This document shows positions 34,551 to 40,348 of a stretch of 40,348 nucleotides of DNA, piece after piece. Numbering within the stretch: position 1 is the first letter of the stretch; each line of letters opens with the position of its first letter. A program made the position numbers and the translations under genes. Location: IMG/VR virus record IMGVR_UViG_3300020195_000069, positions 1 to 40,348 of that record, one strand, 5' to 3'. The stretch is from a virus. Its lineage: Duplodnaviria; Caudoviricetes. The notes below the pieces were generated by a model. It was not told where the DNA came from. It saw only the letters and a program-made list of their open reading frames with translations, and did no database searches.

Positions 34551-35413
34551 GCGAAGTCTCCTTCGCTGAAGACCCTCATTGACGGTGACGACTTTGCCTT
34601 CGCTTTGAACGGTGCCTGACCCTCACTCGCTTTGACGTGGGTCTCAGGCCTGACGAGGTACTCGAAGTCGGCAAGCCACTTCCTGGAGTTCTTCCCGTTG
34701 CACCAATCACTCGTGGCAATCGTCTCGATGACGGTCTGCCAATAAGCCATGTCGGGAAACTCAGAGAGCCGAGCATTAGCAGAACGCCACTTTGCCTGGC
34801 TGGGTTTCAAGAGCCGAAGATTCACACCTGGCTGAAGAGCGCTCTTCTTGGAATTCCAAAGTTCTGCCAGAGACCGGATTTCTTTTGCCGCCGGTTCTGC
34901 CAAGGACACCGAAGGTGGCCATTTGTCTTCGGGTTTAGGTTTAGGTTTAGGTTTAGGTTTAGGTTTAGGTTTAGGGTGCACTCGTGCTTCAACTTCGAGT
35001 TGAACTTCGAGTTCATCTTCGAGTTGAACTTCGAGTTGAACTTCAAGTGGGTCATCGATGTGATGACGGCTGGCAGCGCTGGCTTTTCCGCCCTTCGTTC
35101 CACGCTCAATTCGACGCAGAATCTTCGCTATTTCAGCGTCATTTCCGACAATCTTGAGGTCTGGGTCTGAGGGTTCTAGGAAGTGTATGTCTTTGGAGAC
35201 AAGGCAGGCCAGCCATTTGTCGGCTTCTTCGCCGGGAAGGATTTCGGCCCAAAGGAGAATTCTTCTCGGTCCAGCATGCGTCAGTCTCAGAGATTGAGAT
35301 TCTCCCCAGATCATCACAAGTTTTCCGAGTGTTGTTCCAGGCCACCATTCCATGTCAGCGTCAACCAACCTCGCTCTCTTGGGAGCATCCGGCTGCACCA
35401 TCACCCAACTCAT
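34547..35413 (-). CDS. Replication initiator protein (lambda O-like organisation)
   Basis: Immediately upstream of dnaB; repeat-rich linker; C-terminal WCNGKNSRKWLADFEYLV motif of phage replisome organisers; start after GGAGG. Confidence 0.7.
   Translation of the reverse strand: MSWVMVQPDAPKRARLVDADMEWWPGTTLGKLVMIWGESQSLRLTHAGPRRILLWAEILPGEEADKWLACLVSKDIHFLEPSDPDLKIVGNDAEIAKILRRIERGTKGGKASAASRHHIDDPLEVQLEVQLEDELEVQLEVEARVHPKPKPKPKPKPKPKPEDKWPPSVSLAEPAAKEIRSLAELWNSKKSALQPGVNLRLLKPSQAKWRSANARLSEFPDMAYWQTVIETIATSDWCNGKNSRKWLADFEYLVRPETHVKASEGQAPFKAKAKSSPSMRVFSEGDFA
34934..34975 (+). repeat. (TTTAGG)7 tandem repeat, encoding Pro-Lys repeats on the minus strand
   Basis: Seven exact hexamers. Confidence 0.95.
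34991..35050 (+). repeat. Five 12-bp iteron-like repeats, candidate replication origin
   Basis: AACTTCGAGTTG, AACTTCGAGTTC, ATCTTCGAGTTG, AACTTCGAGTTG and AACTTCAAGTGG inside the initiator gene. Confidence 0.7.
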
Positions 35414-35525
35414 GCTTGCCTCCAAATCAGCCTGTTTTCCGGCTTAAAACGACAAAAAGGTCCACCCTTCGTCAGACGACAAAGGGGGAACCTCAAGGGA
35501 AGGAACTTGGCGTTCAAAAGAGTTT

Positions 35526-35557
35526 GCCTCTGGCTCGTTTGCAGCGAGACCAGAGGC
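35526..35557 (-). promoter_or_regulatory. Hairpin in the leader of the replication operon (attenuator/terminator candidate)
   Basis: GCCTCTGG/CCAGAGGC plus CTCG/CGAG stem; a perfect TTGACA on the minus strand at 35611-35606 lies upstream, but its -10 is weak. Confidence 0.45.
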
Positions 35558-35670
35558 TGGCTTATTGGATTGGCGAGATCAGAGTTACGACGAAAGGCGA
35601 GAGAGTGTCAAGACTCGCAATGTTGTCTCACCGAAAAGTCTTCGATGTCGCAGGCCTGGTCGGTGTAACG

Positions 35671-36027
35671 CTAATCGTCTGTCTTGGTTCGTAGTTTCCG
35701 TAAGTCATAGCCGAGCTCGTTGGCTTGCTTGCGGAGGAAACGAACGACAGGGTCTCGGTCTCCAGTGTTGGCCAATGCTGGGTTTCCTGTCAGGTCCGTT
35801 ATCTCGCAAGAGAGGACACCCAGGATTTTGGGCCAATGACCGTCTCTGGGCAGACGCCTTCCGGCTAGCCACTCAGATACGGTTGACTCCGATGTCCCAA
35901 TCCGTTTCGAGAATTCGCGCTGAGAAATGCCGCGCTTTCGCAAAATTAGGTCGAGATTTGCTGCAACAAATCCGGTCAACAAGCCACCACTAGCCCCTTT
36001 TGACCGGACGGAATATACGGCTCTCAT
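35671..36027 (-). CDS. XRE-family HTH transcriptional regulator (repressor-like)
   Basis: NL...RKRGISQREFSKRIGTSESTVSEWLAGRRLP motif; GAGG RBS; no S24 peptidase domain. Confidence 0.88.
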   Translation of the reverse strand: MRAVYSVRSKGASGGLLTGFVAANLDLILRKRGISQREFSKRIGTSESTVSEWLAGRRLPRDGHWPKILGVLSCEITDLTGNPALANTGDRDPVVRFLRKQANELGYDLRKLRTKTDD

Positions 36028-36278
36028 AGCTAAACCTCACGGTATTATTGGCAATACTTATCGATCAGAAAAAAGACTTCTGAATGCGCAAAAATGCTGG
36101 TAGTCAGATTCACCGTGTTGAACGGGTCTGACCAGAGGTTGGTTTTTTCTGATTGGCGGCTGAGAGCAGTGGTTTGAGAGCCTTGAACGTTTGCAGCGAA
36201 CAAAGCTTGGATACGGAAACAGAGATCGTTTCGATTCGTCGGTTAGCGGGGCTTGGGAAAGTCTCGAAGTCGATATGG

Positions 36279-36324
36279 CCGGAGTGACTGACTCTTGGCT
36301 GGAACTAGGTTTCAGTCACTCCGG
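36279..36324. other. Perfect 13-bp inverted repeat (hairpin)
   Basis: CCGGAGTGACTGA at 36279-36291 and TCAGTCACTCCGG at 36312-36324, followed by TTCTT. Confidence 0.75.
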
Positions 36325-36450
36325 TTCTTACACCAGAACAAACTAAAAATCATCTTCATCGAATAAAGAGACGGAACTTGATCCGCCTTTCTCAAGCATA
36401 GCCAAGTGTAAGCCTTAATGCGTTTAGGTTTTCTGAACCGGGAGTTAAGA

Positions 36451-37113
36451 GTGACAATTGATTTGTTGAAACAGTTTGTCGTCATTGACATCGAAACAGT
36501 TCGAAATGCTAGAGCAGACGCCTACTTCGCTAGCAAAGTCTACGAGCCTGCCGCGAACCTTAGAGACCCGGTAAAGATTGCCGCTTCCATCGAAGAGAGA
36601 AGGGAGAAGGACACCGAGAAGGCTGCCCTCTATTGGTGGACAGGCCAAGTCATCTGCATCGGGGCCATCGACTTGGATACAGATAAGCGGCAGGTCTTCT
36701 TCGGCGATGACGAAAGGGAAGTCCTGGACGGCTTCTTTGACTGGGTGCCTAAGGGTGCCAACGTCATCGCCAAGTCCGGTGACTACTTCGACATGCCGTT
36801 CATGGTGGGGAGAGCCCTCTACCACAACCTAGGTATCCCAGACTTCCTTAGGCTGACTCGGAACATCGGAGATGTGAACCACATCTTCGGTTTCTCCTCC
36901 CGTAACGACCAAGCCACGACACTCGATAACTACGCCTTTGGGATCGACTTCCCCGGCAAGCTTGCCAAGGGATCTGACGTCGCTGAGATGCACGCTGAGC
37001 AGCGGTGGAAAGACATCGAAGCCTACTGCATGCAGGACACGTTGATCGCAGCAGAGATGCTGAAGCGGTGGTTGAAGCCTTTCCCCACAGGAGTAGTTAG
37101 CTATGCCGGATGA
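36451..37113 (+). CDS. DEDD 3'-5' exonuclease (PolB exonuclease-related)
   Basis: VIDIET (ExoI), FDMPF (ExoII) and YCMQD (ExoIII) motifs; GTG start after GGAG, alternative ATG at 36418. Confidence 0.85.
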   Translation: MTIDLLKQFVVIDIETVRNARADAYFASKVYEPAANLRDPVKIAASIEERREKDTEKAALYWWTGQVICIGAIDLDTDKRQVFFGDDEREVLDGFFDWVPKGANVIAKSGDYFDMPFMVGRALYHNLGIPDFLRLTRNIGDVNHIFGFSSRNDQATTLDNYAFGIDFPGKLAKGSDVAEMHAEQRWKDIEAYCMQDTLIAAEMLKRWLKPFPTGVVSYAG

Positions 37114-37849
37114 ATTTTTGATTCAGGTGCTGGAAGGTAAGCAAAGTTTGCCGTGGAAAGTGGTCCTGTTCGGCACTCCCGGAGTCGGCAAGTCAACGCT
37201 TGCAGCCGCTGCACCGGCTCCCTTCTTCATCGACCTGGAAGGTGGTCTTAGGGAGATCGCTGCTCAGAAAACCCAGAGGCTTTACAGCTACGACCAGTTC
37301 ATCGCTGGCCTGACGTTTGCCACTAAGCGTGACTGCAAGACAGTTGTTATCGACTCCATCACGGCCCTCGAAGAGATGCTCATGCCTAGAGCTATCGAGG
37401 CCTACAACAGCTCCGTCGACAAAGAGAAGCTGAGGGTCGACTCATTCCCCAAGATCCCATGGGGTAAAGGGCCAGACTTCCTGGCTGTCGAATGGCGCAA
37501 GGTAATGAGGCTCTTTGAGCGCCTTCAGGCTTTCGGTAAGAACGTACTGATGATCGGACACGACAAGATTGAGGCTGTAAAAGACCCGCAATACGAGAAC
37601 TACGAGCGGGTAAACATGCGTGTCGAGAAGAAGTCAGCAGCAGTGATTATCGAAGAAAGCGATGCCGTGTTGTTCGCCAACATCCCTCGCTATGTGCAGG
37701 AAAAGGAAGACGGCAAAGGCAATATTGCCAGAGCATCGGGAGAGAGAGTCATCCGCTGTGTCGAGTCGCCAAGCTGTGTTTCGAAAAATCGCTTTAGGAT
37801 GCCAGAGACTATTCCCATGGATGCGAAGCTGTTTGAGCTTCTGAAATAA
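37103..37849 (+). CDS. AAA_24 / Sak4-like recombination ATPase
   Basis: GTPGVGKS, IDLEGG, VVIDS, IGH and KNR motifs; AGGAG RBS. Confidence 0.85.
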   Translation: MPDEFLIQVLEGKQSLPWKVVLFGTPGVGKSTLAAAAPAPFFIDLEGGLREIAAQKTQRLYSYDQFIAGLTFATKRDCKTVVIDSITALEEMLMPRAIEAYNSSVDKEKLRVDSFPKIPWGKGPDFLAVEWRKVMRLFERLQAFGKNVLMIGHDKIEAVKDPQYENYERVNMRVEKKSAAVIIEESDAVLFANIPRYVQEKEDGKGNIARASGERVIRCVESPSCVSKNRFRMPETIPMDAKLFELLK

Positions 37850-37863
37850 CGAAGGAGTGCCCT

Positions 37864-38343
37864 GTGTTCTTTGATCCGAATCAAGTGGAAGAAGTCGGTC
37901 CCATTGGTTTCGAACCATTACCGGCCGGTTGGTACCAAGTCATGATTGACTCAGCAGCAGTGAAGTCCACGCAGTCTGGCGGTAGCCGGATCGCTGTGCA
38001 GCTTGCTGTCGTCGGTCAGAAGAGGAAGCTCTTCTGTAACTTCAACACTGTTAACGAAAACCCTGAGGCAGTCAGGATCGGCAAAGGCCAGTTCAAGCGC
38101 TTCTGTAAAGCAGCCGGTATCACCGAGAGCTTCAACACATCTCAAGACATGTCGGCCAGGCTCGCTGGGAAGACACTCCATGTCTTGGTTGGCATGACCA
38201 AGAACTACAAGACTGGCGAGCCAGACAACGAAGTGAAGGACTACAACCATGAGCCTAAAGCGCCCTTGGTCCATGGCTCGACCACTGTCGCCGTCAAGCC
38301 TCAGCCATCAGGTCTTATGGCCGAACAAGACCTCCCCTTCTGA
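37864..38343 (+). CDS. Single-stranded DNA-binding protein (DUF669-like)
   Basis: FEPLPAGWY...A-RIGK...NEVK pattern and C-terminal DLPF; follows the Sak4-like gene. Confidence 0.75.
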   Translation: MFFDPNQVEEVGPIGFEPLPAGWYQVMIDSAAVKSTQSGGSRIAVQLAVVGQKRKLFCNFNTVNENPEAVRIGKGQFKRFCKAAGITESFNTSQDMSARLAGKTLHVLVGMTKNYKTGEPDNEVKDYNHEPKAPLVHGSTTVAVKPQPSGLMAEQDLPF

Positions 38344-38344
38344 G

Positions 38345-38560
38345 ATGTCTGACGAAGAAGACTTCGCCCTTGACGCAGAGCTCTACCGCTCAGCCATCAA
38401 GCAAGTGCGGGAAGACCTCATCAAGATGGCCAAGCAAATCGGTCAGCCAAGATCTGCTCAAGACTTGGTTGATCTAGCGACCGAGCTTCGGGCTAATGCT
38501 GAGCGCTTCGACAGCTTGGTCAGAGGCGTTCTTGATTTTCAACAGAGGGTTTGTCTTTGA
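38345..38560 (+). CDS. Small helical hypothetical protein
   Basis: MSDEEDF... begins 1 nt after the SSB stop. Confidence 0.55.
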   Translation: MSDEEDFALDAELYRSAIKQVREDLIKMAKQIGQPRSAQDLVDLATELRANAERFDSLVRGVLDFQQRVCL

Positions 38561-39123
38561 GATTCTTCGGAGCAATTGATCCAGGTAAAAATGGCGCTCT
38601 AGCTATCGTCGACCAAGATGGTCAATACGTCGAAGCCCATGTCATGCCCAAGTACGCTGACAAGGTAGACCCTGGATCTCTCTTTCGTCTGGTCGAGAAG
38701 ATGGCCAAAGGGAGAGACATCCTCTTCTTCCTAGAGCGGGCTCATGCCATGCCGAAACAAGGTCGAGTCTCGATCTTGAACTATGGCGTCTACGCAGGAT
38801 TTTGCGAGATGGCTCTAGCGGCTCTCGCAATCCCCTACGAGATGATTATGCCGAAGCGCTGGCAGGCAGACATGCACGGTGGGATTGACACCAAGATTCA
38901 AGACCCGAAGCTTCGCTCAGCCATCAAGGTTCAGCGTTTGATGGGTCTTGATAAGTTCATGATCGGCAAGAGGTCTAAGCCACATGACGGATTAGTCGAT
39001 GCATTCTTGATTGCTCTACATGCCCAAAGAACAGCGAGTAGGGCTTCATGTGAGCCGCTGAAGAAGTGGGTGAAGAAGAAGAAGAAGTCTAAGGAGCCAG
39101 AAGACAACGTAGGCACCGCATGA
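38551..39123 (+). CDS. RuvC-like Holliday junction resolvase
   Basis: AIDPGKNGALA, FLERAHAMPKQG, P-RW and HDGLVDAFLIA motifs. Confidence 0.85.
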   Translation: MSLRFFGAIDPGKNGALAIVDQDGQYVEAHVMPKYADKVDPGSLFRLVEKMAKGRDILFFLERAHAMPKQGRVSILNYGVYAGFCEMALAALAIPYEMIMPKRWQADMHGGIDTKIQDPKLRSAIKVQRLMGLDKFMIGKRSKPHDGLVDAFLIALHAQRTASRASCEPLKKWVKKKKKSKEPEDNVGTA

Positions 39124-39488
39124 CCACCAACCCCCCCACTCTCGCCGATAGGTCGTGGACCTGCGAGTCCTGTGCGGCCACGCATGATCGCGAGATCGAG
39201 AGACTTCGCGCCTCTGCCGCTCAATGGGACAAGAGCATCGGCTACAAAGACAACCTGATCGAGCAAGCTTGCACCGAGGGCAAGCTGCTCAAGGCTGAGA
39301 ACAAAGCGTTATGGCGCGTCTACGATGCGGTTAAAGCCGATCTCGACTCGGACCGTAAACGTAATGCGCTTATTTTCAGCATGACTGATACCGAGTGGAT
39401 CCGATCACTAGGTGATGGGGAACGCAAGACACTGGAGGCCCTCGCCGACGTGCCGCCTCGCGACGTGAAGGGGGAGGGGAAGCCGTGA
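39120..39488 (+). CDS. Modular hypothetical protein with an N-terminal TnpB-like Zn-ribbon half motif
   Basis: TLADRSWTCESCAATHDRE at the N-terminus; C-terminus paralogous to 1236-1571. Confidence 0.65.
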   Translation: MTTNPPTLADRSWTCESCAATHDREIERLRASAAQWDKSIGYKDNLIEQACTEGKLLKAENKALWRVYDAVKADLDSDRKRNALIFSMTDTEWIRSLGDGERKTLEALADVPPRDVKGEGKP

Positions 39489-39592
39489 CCACCCAAGAAC
39501 TTCTAGCCCTGATTCGTGAGCAAATCAGAAAGTCACGCGAGCTTGTGGCAGCTAACCGGAAGCAACCGAGGAACTACGAGGTTGTGACATGA
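39485..39592 (+). CDS. 35-aa mini-ORF ending EVVT*
   Basis: GTGA and ATGA overlaps; GGGGAGGGG RBS. Confidence 0.45.
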   Translation: MTTQELLALIREQIRKSRELVAANRKQPRNYEVVT

Positions 39593-39620
39593 CCGACAAT
39601 CCTGACCTAGGAGATCCCGA

Positions 39621-39965
39621 ATGAGCCGATGGCGAAAAAAGCCTATCGTAGTTGACGCTACGCAATGGTTCAAAAATGGTGATCATCCACAGGACAACGT
39701 GTGGCGACCTTACGAGGATACTGGGGCAATGCCCGTTGATGCGCGCGAGGGCGAGGTCGTCCGCTATTATCGCCATCCAAGTATTGATGGCCATTACCAG
39801 TGCCGTCAGTGTGCTGTCACGATGCACCATCACGGATGGCTCGACACGATAGAGGGTGGGCATATCGTCTGTCCTGGCGACTGGATCATCACAGGTGTTG
39901 CTGGCGAACAATATCCCTGCAAGCCCGACATCTTCGCTGCGACGTATGAGGAGGTGGTGACATGA
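39621..39965 (+). CDS. Conserved phage protein (PGDW/PGDY-motif family)
   Basis: RKKPIVVDATQW...TIEGGHIVCPGDWIITGVAGEQYPCKPDIFAATYE; AGGAG RBS. Confidence 0.8.
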   Translation: MSRWRKKPIVVDATQWFKNGDHPQDNVWRPYEDTGAMPVDAREGEVVRYYRHPSIDGHYQCRQCAVTMHHHGWLDTIEGGHIVCPGDWIITGVAGEQYPCKPDIFAATYEEVVT

Positions 39966-40141
39966 GCTGCGAAAAGTGCTGGGCCGATGCATATATGGGC
40001 GACTATGGCGACCAAGCAGCACGATACCAACAGCTAATCGAAGAACGTAAAGCCAATCCCTGCACGCCACGTGAACAAGCTGGGGAATGGTGGGATGAAG
40101 AAACCCAGAGAGATTCTCGACACAAGGAGGTTGTCAAATGA
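39962..40141 (+). CDS. 59-aa hypothetical protein, not in the ORF track
   Basis: MSCEKCWADAY...NPCTPREQAGEWWDEE...EVVK*; GGAGG RBS; ATGA overlaps on both sides. Confidence 0.6.
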   Translation: MSCEKCWADAYMGDYGDQAARYQQLIEERKANPCTPREQAGEWWDEETQRDSRHKEVVK

Positions 40142-40348
40142 CCGACAACTTGGAGACAGAAATGAAATTCGTAATCGTCAGGACCTACTCAGCAGGCGTT
40201 TTTGCAGGCGAGCTTGAATCGCGCAATGGGCGAGAAGTCGTGATGCGAAATGCTAGACGACTTTGGTTTTGGGACGGAGCAGCTAGCCTCTCCCAACTTG
40301 CGACCGACGGCACATCAAAACCTGACAACTGTAAATTCCCGTGCGAAG
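40138..40348 (+). CDS. 5' part of conserved phage protein (DUF6948-like), 101 aa in total, ending at 110
   Basis: AAGGAGG RBS; KFVIVRTYSAGVFAG...NARRLWFWDGAASLSQLA; frame preserved across the 15-nt overlap. Confidence 0.8.
   Translation, partial: MTDNLETEMKFVIVRTYSAGVFAGELESRNGREVVMRNARRLWFWDGAASLSQLATDGTSKPDNCKFPCE
40334..40348. repeat. Terminal direct overlap, copy 2
   Basis: Identical to 1-15. Confidence 0.9.

Noticed and set aside
34934-34976. (TTTAGG)n as a telomeric repeat
   Set aside because: It is internal, lies in frame in the initiator gene as a Pro-Lys linker, and has only seven units in a circular phage contig.
1-40348. Alternative genetic code; apparent CTAG abundance; composition shift in the tail fibre
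   Set aside because: Genes are full length under the standard code with TAG, TGA and TAA all used as stops. The oligonucleotide impressions could not be quantified without computation.

Overview
The window looks like a complete, circularly assembled genome of about 40.3 kb from a tailed dsDNA phage with podovirus-like architecture. Bases 1-15 repeat at 40334-40348 and one gene reads through that junction. Minus strand, 2.0-26.2 kb: a late operon with putative TerS, TerL, portal, scaffold, major capsid, adaptor, tail tube/nozzle, ejection proteins, tail fibres, a lipoprotein and small membrane proteins. At 26.2-27.6 kb is a largely non-coding divergence region with a 108-nt polypyrimidine tract. 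Plus strand, 27.6-31.9 kb: small early-type genes with repeated leaders, a small serine resolvase and an M15 endolysin. Minus strand, 32-36 kb: XRE regulator, replication initiator with internal iteron-like repeats, and DnaB. Plus strand, 36.4 kb across the junction to 2.0 kb: exonuclease, AAA ATPase, SSB-like protein, RuvC-like resolvase and a chain of small modular ORFs. The most notable feature is TerL, which carries two inteins. The endonuclease slot of the second intein is filled by a complete same-strand gene in a different reading frame, with its own RBS and two Cys4 zinc-finger repeats. It appears to derive from an HNH endonuclease but lacks the HNH core. No integrase, DNA polymerase, tRNA, CRISPR array or reverse transcriptase was recognised. 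All family assignments come from motif recognition and gene order, not database searches.
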